The notes: generated from the sequence alone by a model not told the origin. DNA of 64,000 bases from Camelus dromedarius (GCF_036321535.1 NC_087437.1:97342001-97406000), one strand, 5' to 3'; positions 1-13,435 are shown, counted from the stretch's first letter. Made by a program: numbers and translations.

Positions 1-38
<38 letters not shown>
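1..38. repeat. (CA)n microsatellite, truncated by the window start
   Basis: 19 perfect CA units, followed by a degenerate TA/CA-rich tract to about 130. Confidence 0.98.
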
Positions 39-42
<4 letters not shown>

Positions 43-1552
43 TGTATGAACAGACATATGCATTATACACACACATATATCTCCATATATCTATATCTAC
101 ATGTCTATATCACATATATGTGTATATACACAAAACTAAAATGTATATTTAGATTTTTACATGTTAAGTGTTGGCTGCAATAAAAGTATAAATATTTAAA
201 TGTATTGTTGGAAAAGAATGACATTTTTTTCTGCATCTCGTTTTCAGTGAACCCCTAGCCTGCAGATACCCAGTAGTAACATCTTTATCTCCTAAGGCAT
301 TGGGTAGGAAAGGGACAGTGGCTTAGAAAGAGGAAAAGGTTAGAAGGTAGCAGCTCAATCAGTAAACACATAAAAGGAGGATTAGTGGTATTCGCCTTCT
401 CTCCAAAATAAAGCAGTGGATTTCCCTCCTAATCCTCAAACCCCACACCCCTATTCTCCCCCTAAAATATCTAATGACAGCCAGATCGTGAGCGCAGAAC
501 TATTTCTGTTTCTGACACGTACGTGTGTCTCCTTGTTCAGATCTATCATCACAAAATGACAGGTTCCAGATGCTTTCTAACATTTACTTTGGGGAAAATC
601 TTTTAAAATAAACGCCAGGACAAACTTGTATTTTTCTCTTACTGTTCTGTTATTTTTACTGGCCTCTCAAAACCTTCTGTCCTCATGTCAACTGTCTTGA
701 CAAGATGAGATGAAACTTAGTAGCATCTAACAGTAATGGAAGATACTTATTTTGGTGCAAATTTATTAAAATTCTGTTTCAGGAATAATGATTTATACAC
801 GTAGAATTGCAACCATGAACAATATCCAATACAATAAGTTAGAAAGACATATACTGAGGTTTTCCAGTTCACTAGAATGCAAAACTGTAATTACTCAAGG
901 TGTCTATAAGGTTATAAGTATTGTGACTGAAATGATAGAATCTACTCTGTGTTAAAAATGAAGAACTTTTGGAACTTGATCTTTAGATACGTCTCAAGTC
1001 AATCACAAGGTTGTTTCTCATTTTTGAGGCTCAATTCTACTTAATTTCAATTTCTACTTCCTTCATCCAATTATTCTTGTTCTGTGGCAGATTTTATTAA
1101 ACCATATAATTTGACTTTATCATTAATTAGATGGAGAGCCTGCCAATATTGCATTTCACCTTTTGCCTCTTAATGATGATTAAGATGAAAGCATACTTTC
1201 GTCCAGTAATCTTTGTATAGTACCAAGAAAGGACTGCACAAAAGTTGGCTACTGAGGGTTAATCACTGGGTTCCAATGAATTTCCTGTTAAAAGAAAATG
1301 TACCTTTAAATCTGAAAGAGTATAAAATGTCTTGGACTTATTACTTATCTATTTATTGCTTGGGGTCAGGTATGCAGACTATTCACCCCCAGAAAGGTTT
1401 TATTTATGTAGCTATTAACTGGCTTATACATGACAATAAAAGCCATCCTACAAAAATAAAATTCCCTCACCTCAGGCATTTCATGATTTGACTGAAGGTT
1501 ATTTGTTTCCAGGGTAAGGAACATCCTTGTATATACCAAGAACATTGCTAAT

Positions 1553-2105
1553 GTTATTTTAATTGAAATATAGTTGACATACAATATTATGTTAATTTCA
1601 GGTGTACTACATAGTGATTTGACATTCACATACATTATGAAATAATCACTACAGTAAGTCTAGGAACCATCTGTCCCCAAACAAAGTTATTACAATTCTA
1701 TTGACCATATTCCTTATATTACAGCTTCATGACTTATGTATTATGTAACTGGAAATTTATACTTCTTAATCCTCTTCATCTATTTTGCTTATCCCCCCAT
1801 TCCCATCCCTTCTGGCAACCTATTTTTTCTCTGTATCTATGAGTCTGTTTCTGTTTTCTTTTGTTTATTTGTTTTGTTTTTTAGACTTCACATATAAGTA
1901 AGATCATACAATATTCATCCTTCTCTGTGTTATTTCACTTAGTGTAATATTCTCTAGATTGATCTATGTTGCTGCAAATGGCAAGATTTCATTTTTATGG
2001 CTAAATAATATTCCATTGTATATATGTACCACATCATCTTTATCCCTTTATGTATTGATGAATACTTAAGTTGCTTCCATATCTTAGTTACTATAAATAA
2101 TGCTG
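1553..2105 (-). mobile_element. LINE-1 3' fragment (ORF2 end plus 3'UTR)
   Basis: Minus-strand translation [33 protein letters not shown] matches the ORF2 C-terminus. Typical L1 3'UTR end (ttgaaatatagttgacatacaat). Flanking direct repeat cattgctaat at 1543-1552 and 2106-2115. Confidence 0.9.
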
Positions 2106-2769
2106 CATTGCTAATTTTTAATGATTTTTTTAATTGATGAACACACATTAGCTTTTGGTAGCAGCATTCAAGGGCAACTCCTTGAGAGTTTTCTTTGTAG
2201 TCCTCTAATATTTCCCTTATTAACAGTGGTTTTGTCTACTCCTTGCTTCTTTCATTTCATACTACTGGCCCTTTATTTCCACTCTTTACCAACCAAGATG
2301 TGGTTAGATATTAATTTAAGCACAATAGACAAAGTGATTTCACTGAGGGTGTGGAAACATTTTGCTTCCCTTGTCTCAGTTTTTGCCATGCACAGAGGGC
2401 GATCTCCAACTTGATGGAATACTTCTTCCATTTCCTCTGCCATCCCTTACTCTCATACTTGTTTTCACTATTAAGCACACAAATGTGCAGGCACACACAC
2501 ACACACACACTCTCATCCTCACACAAACATCCTTTCTGTATAACTTTCCCTCTTAGAACATCGCACTGTCATTCCTGTGTCCCCAGTCTGTATTTTCTGG
2601 TCAATTCTTACACATTAATAACGGGTTAAATTAGGTATTTCCTTTGAAAGTCTTCATCGACACTCTAAATACTGGATTAATTTTGGCTCTTCTATATTTG
2701 TTAAGGAACTTGAACGAGGTTTTTGATGTAAAAGTATTTCAGCCTATTGTCAAAGATGCAATACTGCTT

Positions 2770-2915
2770 TTCTATTTGTTTGTGTGATATCCCCCACCAG
2801 CCTGGGAGTTCTCTAAGAGTATATGCAGTGTCACTGCACCCGATCAGCTGGTGCAGCTCTCAGCACTTAGCACGTGCTCAATCAATACTATTGAATAAGT
2901 GAACAGATGGATGTC
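2770..2915 (+). mobile_element. L2 3' end fragment
   Basis: cagcacttagcacgtgctcaatcaatactattgaataagtgaa resembles the L2 3' terminus. Confidence 0.6.
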
Positions 2916-2937
2916 TGTGGATTTGAACCATATATAT

Positions 2938-3257
2938 CTGTGTTGTCTAACATGGTAGCCATTAGCTATGTGTGTCAATTGAATGCTTAGAATATGACTA
3001 GTCCAAAATATACTCAAGTATAAGATGCACACCATATTTTGAAGAGTTACTATGGAAAAAAGGTAAAATATCCCATGACTAATTTTATATGAATCACATC
3101 TTAAAATAACCTTTTTTGATTTAGGGATTAAATAAAAACTATTAAAATTAATTTTGCTTGTTCTTATTGCTTCCTTTAATGTAGTTACTTGAAAATTGTA
3201 AACTAAACGTGTGGCTCACATCCATGGCTCATGTTATATTTCTGTTGGACAGCACTG
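2938..3257 (-). mobile_element. hAT-Charlie non-autonomous DNA transposon, MER33-like
   Basis: Ends ctgtgttgtctaa...ttggacagcactg form degenerate TIRs; internal gtagccattagctatgtg and ggctcatgttatatttctgttggacag match MER33 as recalled. Confidence 0.8.
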
Positions 3258-3576
3258 GTATAAATCACACAGCCTCCAGACACAGCATCATCACCCCATT
3301 ATTACAGACTTCTTGTCATTCATTGTTAGGTGACACATTGTCTTACTGTCAAGGAGCTTTTGAAATAGTAGTATTTAAAATCTTCTCTAAGTTTTTTCTT
3401 AATTTAAGCCCTCTAATTACTCAATACTCTAGTGTTTTTAATAACAATAAATTAGATTATTGAAACGATACAAACAATCTAGGAATAGAAGTTTCAATGT
3501 ATTAAAATTAGAAGTCCAATATGTTCAGAATATGTTCTCATTTTAGAGTTTATTCAAAAGAAAAGAATGACTCTAG

Positions 3577-3766
3577 ACTATCATGGTTGGATATAACATT
3601 CTGCATGAATGGAAATGTTTTATATCTGTGCTGTTCAACAGAGTAGTTACTATGTGTGGCTATTCGAACACATGAAATACAGTTAGTGTGACTGGTGAAA
3701 TTCTTAGTTTTATTAATTTAAATAGCCACATGTGGCTATTACTTACTGTACTGGACATTGTACCTC
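3577..3766 (+). mobile_element. hAT-Charlie MER3-like element
   Basis: tggaaatgttttatatctgtgctgttcaa...aatttaaatagccacatgtggcta...ctggaca, flanked by ctctagac on both sides. Confidence 0.75.
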
Positions 3767-4701
3767 TAGACAAAAAGGTAATTACTGCCCTATAGCTAGC
3801 AGTAGTGAATTTCAAGTAAATTTATCTTAAAATGCCATGTTCAGAATATTTCTATCTCACGTAAATTATCAGCAACTAAAATGTAAAGTTTAACAAACTT
3901 AAAATGGTTCAAATACTTTAGAAATATTTTGCCTACTGGGTTTTTAGGAGTTTTTCCTTTTGAAATAAGGACATACTTATTTAAGTTATGAGCAAGATCT
4001 ACTTATATGTTAATCATCTGATATCAGCATTCCTTCATGTAGTTAAATTATATGTTTGATTTTTAATTAAAATGAGAACATTCATTAAAAAACAATTTAA
4101 AAAATCCTCCCAAGTCCTTTTTTTTTTTGTTTTTACATTTTATAAGCACACTACTTTTGAAACTCTATGTGAATGATTAATTCAGGATAACCTAAACCTC
4201 TGGAAGTCATTTACAGGGGGGCTTTATTGTGTAAAAACAATTTCTGATTTGCAGATATGCAAAATGAATTGTGTATTTAAAATGCTAAACCTCATTATTC
4301 TGATTTGTCTCCTGCAGAATGTCCAGAAAATAGGTCTTTAAAGAACAAGATGTAATTAACATTCAATTTTATGTGTCTTAATTATGAGCTAATATCTGAT
4401 TGAATAGGTAACATTCCTACCTGTTGTTTTCATCCAGGGAGGTACTAGGGTCATAGAGCTGGCAAGGTTATTCTCCAAATTTTTTTCATGTTGTAGATTG
4501 GAAGTGTTAGTCTCAGTGATTTCACTTTGTGAAAGTCATACAGCAGAGACCGAGATGAGGACTATTTGATTTTTAGAAACTGGTAGATAACTATTGTCTT
4601 TTAAAATTTTATCATTTTCTTTGAAAAGTGTGTAACATATCTGTAGTCCATGACCCAAGAACATCCCGCATCTATGTGGTCATAGCAGAAAGGAAAGAAA
4701 A

Positions 4702-5445
4702 CTAACCTTTACTGAACACCTGCTCTGGACTGAGAATCATGCCCAATGTTTCCATGTACTGTTACTTCCTGTGGTCCTGTGATCAGCCTTTCTTTCAGGA
4801 GGCATATAAGGAAAGGAGGTCTCTCAGGAGTTAAGAAAATTCCTTCTTCCTCAAAAGAACTGGTGAGGGCCGGGTGAGGGGCTGGGAAGGGCAAGATTCA
4901 AGTCCATGTTGTTCTAATTGCTAACTAAAATTGGCACTTACCATCTGCCTCTACAAGGATTGGATCAAGTTGGCACTTGCCATCTAACTCATGAGCCGCT
5001 GCAGCCGCTGACCTCCAACACTCCCTGAAAGGAGTTCAGGGTGGGGGTCAGAAATGAGGCACAATGTGCTCTGGGAAAACTGGCTGAAAAGGCCTTTAGA
5101 TAGTTAATACCTTCAGAAGATTTTATGACCCCAATTGTTGCACCTTCTCATATCTAGTAAAGCACTAAAATCATTAACGGTGACATCTGCTCCTTGTGAC
5201 TAGCAGCAAGCCTCTGCCTAGATGTGTGCTTGACTGCACATCCCCCTCTCACTGAAATGATACATAATACTGACTTTTCCCCCTGCCTCTTTGCAACAGT
5301 TTCTCAGAGCTTTCTGGGATGCTGAACCTGAGCTATAGTCCTCATTTTGCCTCAAATAAACTTCACCCACAACTCTCATGCTGTGTGATTTTACTTTAGT
5401 TGACATAATCATGAAGCCTATGCCTTTCCATCCATACCATCCTGA
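4702..5445 (-). mobile_element. Degenerate MIR SINE interrupted by the LTR at 4919-5405
   Basis: ctaacctttactgaacacctgctctgg...aagattcaagtccatg before the LTR and aagcctatgcctttccatccataccatcctg after it follow the reverse MIR order. Confidence 0.55.
4919..5405 (+). mobile_element. Solo LTR, probably ERV1 class
   Basis: TG...CA ends with inverted termini (tgctaactaaaa / tttagttgaca); 4-bp TSD taat at 4915-4918 and 5406-5409; AATAAA near 5355; homologous to 15130-15597. Confidence 0.88.
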
Positions 5446-6011
5446 TTCTTTCTTGACACTCATTTATTTTATAATCTTGAGTGATTCTGAATAGCAGAAG
5501 AGGGTAAGGTAATATTACCATTTGGGAAATATGTTTGGAAAAGATCTGTTATCAAGTACACACAATTTTCCTTGTTTCTCTTAAGGCTTTTTACTTATTC
5601 CCTCTATTAAAAATGGAAGGCTCTGATCCTAAATAAATTTCACATAGATTTCTTAAATAGGCATGTTACCAAACAAATTCCAATGATAATTTGTTTTTGT
5701 TCATTGCTTTAAATTCAAATAAACATTATAATGGTGCCAAATAACTTGGTTAATTGAACTTTTTACCTGCTAAGTAGTGTTTCTGGTATTATATGTAGTT
5801 TAAAAAAATGAATTTAGTTTCAGTAAAATTGTTCATGGGAAAAATATGATATTTAAATAATTTGACATTCTGATTCTTTTTTTTTTTTTTTTTTTTGGTG
5901 AACCTAAAATGAATGGCTAGAAACAACCTATGGTCAAGAAGCAGGCATATAATTGATCAAGGATTGTAAATTTGTTTCTATGTTTTTCTGAACAACAAAT
6001 CTCATAAAAGT

Positions 6012-6215
6012 GACTCAGTGGTTAAGAGAATAGTTTCTGAATTGAGACTGACCTTCCTTGAAGTCTTGCTTCATTACTTGAATTGTAACTATGGGTTTGC
6101 TAAATCTCAGATTACCCATCTGTGAAACAACGGCAGTATTTGAATTCACCTCATGTGAGTATAAATACAGTATTTAGCCTGGAAACTCTCATATAGTCTT
6201 GTTATTATTGTTGTT
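6012..6215 (+). mobile_element. MIR SINE
   Basis: cagtggttaagagaatag...ctcagattacccatctgtgaaacaa core. Confidence 0.65.
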
Positions 6216-8044
6216 GCATTTATTGTGCAAGTATTAGTTATACCTAAAATGCAATGAGTTAAAGCAGCGTTTTATTACATTAAATAACTACCCAAATCAC
6301 ATATAAAAAAAAAAAGAAGGGTACATATTGTTATTATTTTGTAAGTTCCAAAGTCATGGGTCTTCATATATAATATTACATTTACTGAATGTATGCAAAC
6401 TAATTAGAAAAATAGTACCTTCTGATATATGCTTAAGTAATATTGACATATTTCTTTAAACTTAGGGTGCTTATTCTAGGACAGATGGAGGAATAATCTC
6501 TATTTCACAGCAAATCATATACTAAAATCACAACATAATTTATAGACAAATTTACAACATGTAGTCAAACTTTTTTAAAGTTTCAATGTTAAAAAAATAA
6601 AGAAATAAGTCTCAATCTCAGATCAACTTTTAAAAAATTCTTTTATTTTTGTTACTAAGTGAAAGTCCTATGTGTGTTACTGCTAAAAATACAAATAAAA
6701 TTATCTACTCCTGGGAGTCATTGCCTCCTTTTATTCTATACACAGTAGTCTCAAAAAATACTATCTCCCACTGTTGCTCCCTTACTGGCATCTCAGAACT
6801 GTGTTGAGTTAATCCCCCTGTAAGGGGGATTCTCTGATTTAGCAAAGAGCTCTCACTTATCCATGTAAATAAAAATACATGAGTAAATAAATATGTTTTA
6901 AAGTAGAAAAATATTTTTAAATGACTTATTTTTAATAACTTGTGGTGGTCTACAATTTTAACTTCTTTTTTCTCACATGTATTACATGGACTACTGAACT
7001 GAGGTAAAGAGATGGTCCTACCAAAGCATTTAAACATAAAGAGATCATGCGAGGGGTCACAGCATTTGATAGGGGCTACTTTACCTGAATATCAGGACAC
7101 AAAACATTTCATTTAAAAATCTCTGTCCTTGAGAGTCAAGTTTCTCCTCAGGCATTGAAATAAATGCCTTATTTTCATGTGTTTCTATTGGATAGTTATA
7201 TATATAAAACCTTATGTAGACTTTTGAAAAGCTCAACACAATTATTAGGAATAGAGATACATGGAGCACATTCTAGTTTTAAATGACACATATCAGAAAA
7301 AGAGACAACTGGAATGGCAGATTTAAAAAAAATCCAGATAGGTTTTTGTACACAGAGCTGTCTCTCTGGAGACAAGCAAGTTAGTCACTTCAGAAATATT
7401 TTAAGAGCCAATATTTATTGAGTGTGATTTTATCATTAAGTGCAAAGATTGAGTCATTCATCTCAATGGGATAAAGGCTGAGAGAGAGAAAGAGATGACA
7501 AAGAAAAAGACAGACAGAGAAAGCAGGGAGGAGGGGGGAGAAAACGTGCTGTGTGTGCTGCCCAGCGTGCTACAGAGTTGGCATATTTTAACAGACACGT
7601 ATATGCATGGATACGTAGCCTTATTGCACAGATTAGAAGGAGGGTATTGGATTGGTGGTTCTGCCCGTATTAGGTAATACAAATCAGTTTATTCATTGAT
7701 TTCACTGATTAGGTTGTATGAGTTCTATAGTGACAAGTGTTATTTATTCACTTAAATTTACCAGATGCTTTGGCATTAAACATGGGCAGTCTGCAGTGGA
7801 GGCTAGATCGCTACCAGAAAGGGGGATATTACTTTCAGAAATCACACGCTTTCTCTGGTTCTGATGGTCTCTGATCCTTTTTCATTCCTCTTGTACACAA
7901 GTCCTTACTGCAATGTGGAGACACAGCACTCAGAAAGGAACAATGGTTAAAAATCAAACATATAGGACATTAAAAAGAAAAATTCCATATTATAAGTAAC
8001 AATTCTTGGAGTCAAAGAGAAGCACAATTCAAAAAAAATTTCTT

Positions 8045-8170
8045 GTATGAAAATGAATATATGTATGTTCCTATATGACTGAAGTATTGTGCTGTACACC
8101 AGAAATTGACACATTATAAACTGACTATACTTCAATAAAAAATATTAAAAAAAGTACAAAATAAAATACA
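8045..8170 (+). mobile_element. Very short LINE-1 3' end with A-tail
   Basis: gaaaatgaatatatgtatg...tgtgctgtacaccagaaattgacac...caataaaaa is homologous to 15797-15928 and to the tail at 58000-58104; caaaaaaaattt on both flanks is a possible TSD. Confidence 0.85.
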
Positions 8171-8901
8171 AAAAAAAAATTTATGTCATATTTGGTTTTG
8201 TTTTGCTTTTTTTTTTTTTTGGTATTCAAATGATTGGCTCATTTCCATATTAATATAAAGATAAGATAAGCTTATTTTAATCAGTCTGATAAGCCACCTA
8301 CCGGTAGCAGTGGCTATTCAAGATACTAATAGAGAAGGAAACATTCCTGACATTTTACATGGGTAGAAAATCTACCAAGAGTTTCAAAGTACATCAATTC
8401 AGCATGATGAAGATTCTTGTAAGCAGGCAGAGGAGTTACTCTCATCTCTATTCCACTGTTTATGAAACCAAGCCTCCCAGCTATAAAGCAAATTGGTTGC
8501 CTACGGTCTCTAAGCTTTCAAGTGGCATAGCTGGAACCAGAATACAGGTTTCTACCCTCTTAGTCTAGTATCTTTTTACCTCTTCCAAGGTAGTGAGAGA
8601 CCAGGAATGAAAAGAGGCTATTTGTCCTACTCCTTCTTTCCCTCCCTCCCCACTTCCTTTTTCCTCCTTCCTTTCCTCCATATTTAAAAATGATATGTCT
8701 AGCATCATTTATTCATGATTTAATTTACTCATTCAACACTTATTATGTGTCACGTGGTACAAAAGGTGCTCAATAAAATGTGTAACAAAACACAAATCTA
8801 AGCTGTGTTCAATGAGTAGAAACTCTTAAAAATAAAGTGAGGTTTGGGGAGAAAGGAGTCCTCAGCCAGGATAATGGTCTCAGTCACAGTTGGATGGTAC
8901 C

Positions 8902-9820
8902 TGTAAGACAGTGGAAAATAGATGTTGGTCTTTGCTCTCAGTTCCTGGTTCAGGACAGAGCTCCTGAAACCCTTGTCATTTCTTAAGTGATAAGAGCACC
9001 AGGAGCATCTTTTGTTCTAATATTTGGTCTTGGACCCCAGTTTCTGACACAGGGCTCCTGAAACCCTTGTAATTTACTAGGTAATAGCAATGTCTTTTGT
9101 TCTAATGAGGCGACTCTGGTTAGGCTACTGGATGGCTCCTGGATGCCGCTTGGTCACTGGAAAGACCAAGCCATGATTAGAAGCTTGGAATTTTCAGCCC
9201 CATCCCATATTCACTTGAGAAGGGAAAAGGGCTGAAAATGGAGTGAATGATTAATTGCGCCTGCATGGTGAAGCCTCCATGAAAATCACCAAAGCACGGG
9301 GCTCCAACCACTTCTGGGGTGGTGAACACGTGGAGGGGCGAGGAAGTGTGCCCAGCAGGAGAGGGCGTGGAAGTTCCTCACCCCTTCCACAGACCTCGCC
9401 CTTGCTTTGTACGCCTCTTCTATCCGCGTGTTCATCTCTATTAGCATCTCCTTTTACTATAAACTGGCAAATGTAAGTAAATGGTTCCTTGCATTCTGTG
9501 AGGTATTCTAGCAAAGTAGTCAAACCCAAGGATGGTGTCATTGGAATCTAGGATCTATAGCTGTTTGGTCAGAAGGCCAGGTGACAACTTGGGTTTTTTC
9601 TAGTGTCTAAAGTGGGGGTGAGGGGCAGTCTTATGGGACTAAGCCCTTAACATGTGGCATCTGATGCTATCTTTGGGTAAAGAGTGTCAGAATTGAATTA
9701 AATAGTGGGAAATCCAGTTGGTGTCACCAAAAATTGCTTGGTGTGAGGAAAAACCTCCACACGTTTGGTGACCAGAAGTAAGTGTTTTGTGTGAGTAGCA
9801 AAGGAGAAGGAAGAAACACA
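8902..9820 (+). mobile_element. MER21-like solo LTR
   Basis: Starts TG. Contains gaaagaccaagccatgattagaagcttggaattttcagcccc, tgaagcctccatgaaaatc and ttggtgaccagaagt. Internal duplication of gctcctgaaacccttgt...ttttgttctaat. Confidence 0.8.
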
Positions 9821-11281
9821 CCCTGAGCCTTTGACATTACACCACCCCATTCCATCGCCATCTGTAGTGAGTTCATGTTCCCTCAGCTGGGATGTGGGCA
9901 ACTAGGCAAAACGTGGGGACATAAATTATCTCTGCTGTAGCATATGAACTGGGGTTATCTACAGAAATGAGTCATGCTTCTGAGCAGTGTCCATTATACC
10001 CTTGTCAATAAAAAAAGAATAAAAGAGATGAGAACCACAGTTCTAGACAGAGGAGAAATGTGTGTTTAAAGGCTTGGGTTGTCTTAAATCTTCCCTTTGG
10101 CTGCGAACAGAGGTGAAGCACTTATGTACCACTGAGGTTCCCTTGAACCTCTACTTCAATGTTTATATAAGTGAAGTGGAAATGACCTTTGAGAAATCAG
10201 CTAGGCTATATCCTGACTTCAATAAGCACTATTCTTAAACTCTTTCAGCAATTTGACAGTCAATTCCATTTTTTAACCACATCTAAGGAAAGGGATTGTG
10301 TAAAATCCAATAGTAGCCTTTTCCACTTGTAGTACAAAGACTTTCTTGCAACCTCCTTATTACTATCTTTAATCGTCCAACTTCACCCACACTGATTTCT
10401 TTCCTTTTAATCCCAGTGTGAAAACAGAATGAAAGATCAATCACTTTCTCTAGAAGCTCCAATTCAGACAATCGTAGTTAGGTTAAGAGTCTGTGTCAAA
10501 ATTCCAGTATGGGAAGGACTTGCAGGGAAGTGTTGATTTTGGTATTTTTGAATACAGGTGAAGTGCAAAATATGCCAAAGAGACTAAATATATCAGATAA
10601 ATAAATAAATACACCAAAGAAACTCAGTAGATCCTAATGGAAACACTGATCTTTCCAAAAAGGTAGGGAGATTGTAAGCATTGGTTTTTAGGTCATAAGA
10701 AAGATGAGTCAGCTTGTTATTGTCATGGATTCATTAATGGATTCATTCATTTCATTTACTCAGTTTTTTTTTTTTCATTTAACCATAACATATTGAGCTA
10801 GAAAATGTACCATGTGTTAGTGATACAAAAGATAGATAAACCATGACCATCTTTTCAAAAACTCACATTTCTTTTGGGAAACTCTGATTTATCTATACTT
10901 GGATTAGATCAAATCTCTCATTAAGCCAAGGCAGAGAGAGTTTTAAGAAGTGAGAGGTCAATGTTATATAGCTTCACATTGAAAATGGGGAACCAGTTAT
11001 TTCAATGTTTCTGCAAAGCAAGTAATATTAAAACAAATCTCTGGTTTGAATTCCTGCCAACAGATAACTGGCTGTGGGAGTAAGAGTCTAAGTACACCTG
11101 TAAGAAAAACTTCACACGTGTATATATTTCAATAATTTAGTCTTCATTTACCATGAAGACTTGGTGTTACACGTCACCATAACAGTGAATAAAATGAATA
11201 GGCAGTCCACTTGAAATGTATGCTTTAAAAAAATCTATTAAATGAAGAGAGGATAAAATTATAGTAAGTAATATTATTTTG

Positions 11282-11650
11282 TGTTGTGGACCACATTGTG
11301 CTCCCCCAAATTCATGTGTTAAAGCCCTTACCCCTAACATGACCGTGTTTTGAAACAGGGCCTTTAAGGAGGTAAGGAAGGTAAAAACGAGACCACAGGA
11401 TAGGGGGCTAATCCAGAAGACTGGTAAGAGGAGGAAGAGATACCAGGAACGTAGGTGCACAGAGGAAAGGCCGTATGAGGACACACGGAGAAGGTAGCCA
11501 CCTACAAGCCAGGAAGAAAGTTCTCACTAGAAACCAATCCTGCTGGCATCTTGACTTTGGATGTCCAACCTCTAGCACTGTGAAAAAATGAATTTCTGTT
11601 ATGTAAACCATAGTCTGTGATGTTTTGTTATGGCAGCCAGAGCTGACACA
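11282..11650 (+). mobile_element. MaLR solo LTR (MLT1A/B-like)
   Basis: tgtgctcccccaaattcatgtgttaaagccctta...tgtgaaaaaatgaatttctgtt...ttgttatggcagcc. Confidence 0.88.
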
Positions 11651-12141
11651 CCAGTTTGCTAAGGGAAAATAATTCCATCAAGTGACTTACAGAATTTTCT
11701 TAATGGTAACTTGCTGGATTCCAGATCATGCATTTAGAACTTGGTGAGTATAATCTCATCTAGTCCTCAGGACAGTCTGAAGACATAGGTACTTCTGTGA
11801 CACCACGGTATAGATATGACATACAGAAAGGTGTAGTGACTTGCCAAAGGTCAGTTAGCAAGTAAGCAAGCCATTGTTCTTAAGGTAAAGAGAATAGAGT
11901 GCCCATTATTAAGGTAGCTTTCATTTTTAACATTAAGCACATATTTGCTTGAACATTAAGAATCATTAAAATGTTTTAATATTATATTGTAATTGCATTT
12001 TTATATATACAAGGAAACAAAAATACCAGTCTAATAACATTTAAAATCACTGTTGATAAAGATATATTTACAAACTCTTATCACTTGCTACACCTCCATC
12101 TTTGGAAAGAAACATGAAATGCATTAAAACAGAAATGGGAC

Positions 12142-12239
12142 AAAGACTATTGCAAATGTAAGTGTTAAATTTAATGTTTGATAGATAAAAAATTATCTAT
12201 CAAACATTAAATTTAACACTTACATTTGCAATAGTCTTT
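12142..12239. repeat. Perfect 47-bp inverted repeat with a 4-nt spacer
   Basis: 12142-12188 is the exact reverse complement of 12193-12239; the spacer is aaaa. Confidence 0.97.
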
Positions 12240-13264
12240 CTATTAAAAGGGCCAATTATATAAATCCAACAATAGAATTTAAAATCTGTAACATCTCAGC
12301 ATAGCCTTGCTGGTGATTAAAAGAAATATATCCATGAACATGAAGGCTTGAAATGTAATAAGAACCCAAATGAGTTAGTGATGGCTGTCATAAAAATCTG
12401 GCAGGGCATTCTATTTACAATTTGTAATAAAACTGTCACACATTGAATTTATAAAAGCATTTGTCTTAGAAAAATAAATCTATTTGCCAAGGGCAAGTTA
12501 ATAACCTCTACAGTTCATTTGAATATATGGACAAAGAGATAGTTTGACTAATAGAGCATTCTAAGAAGTATATTGGCAAGTGTATAGGATGCCGTGACAA
12601 TGGAAACATCACTCAAAAAGATTCTATGCTATGAATTAACAGCAGGAATACTTTCCACATTATCTGAAATGCAATCAATACTGTTAACCATCAACCCAAA
12701 GAATACGGACAGAAAGAAAACTGCATTTATGTGTTCCATTTTTGGAACCAATTAAAAGTATTTCAATATCAGTACCAGAAGAACATGGAGAGTTTCAAAT
12801 ACCTGAGCGCACAGTGATTTCCTAAGGATTAAAAGTCATTTACTTGTTTGAGAAATGTAAGGCAAGAAAATGTTATTTAATGCATGGGGTTTTACAGTTA
12901 CTCAGAAATATAAACATATACAATTTTTAATAAACTATTCCTTGAAATCTCAGATAAGCTTAATGGAAGCAAGGAAAACATCAGTTATACAATGTTTAAA
13001 GTAATTGGAGCAATGGTATCACAGAGATGCATGAACTCCAACTAGTATAATGAGCCTGGGCAAGTCACTTAGCCTTTTTTGGTTCCTGATCTGCAGAATG
13101 TTCATAAGGATTCCCAGTGTCACTTTGTATGCCCCTTGAAAATGCACATATAATCTTAAGTGTAGAATTTTAGAAACATTTAGATGTGTTTATTTTTTCC
13201 CCTCAAATGTAACTCTGTATCAAAGAGAGAGGACATGCAAGTTACAAAATTTATTTTATGCAGT

Positions 13265-13435
13265 ACAGAGGTAGCAAACTTTTCCTTACAGGGTAAATAC
13301 TCAGTTCTACCATTGCAATGTGAGGGCAGTTGTAGACAATATGGAAATAACTGGGCATGACTGGGTTCCAAGAAAACTCTAGTTACAAAAACAGCTAGAG
13401 GACATGATTTGGTTAGTGGACCATAATTTGACAAA
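13265..13435 (+). mobile_element. MER58-like hAT element, internally deleted
   Basis: cagaggtagcaaacttttcc...tgggcatgactgggttccaagaaaactctagttacaaaaacag...gatttgg. Confidence 0.7.
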
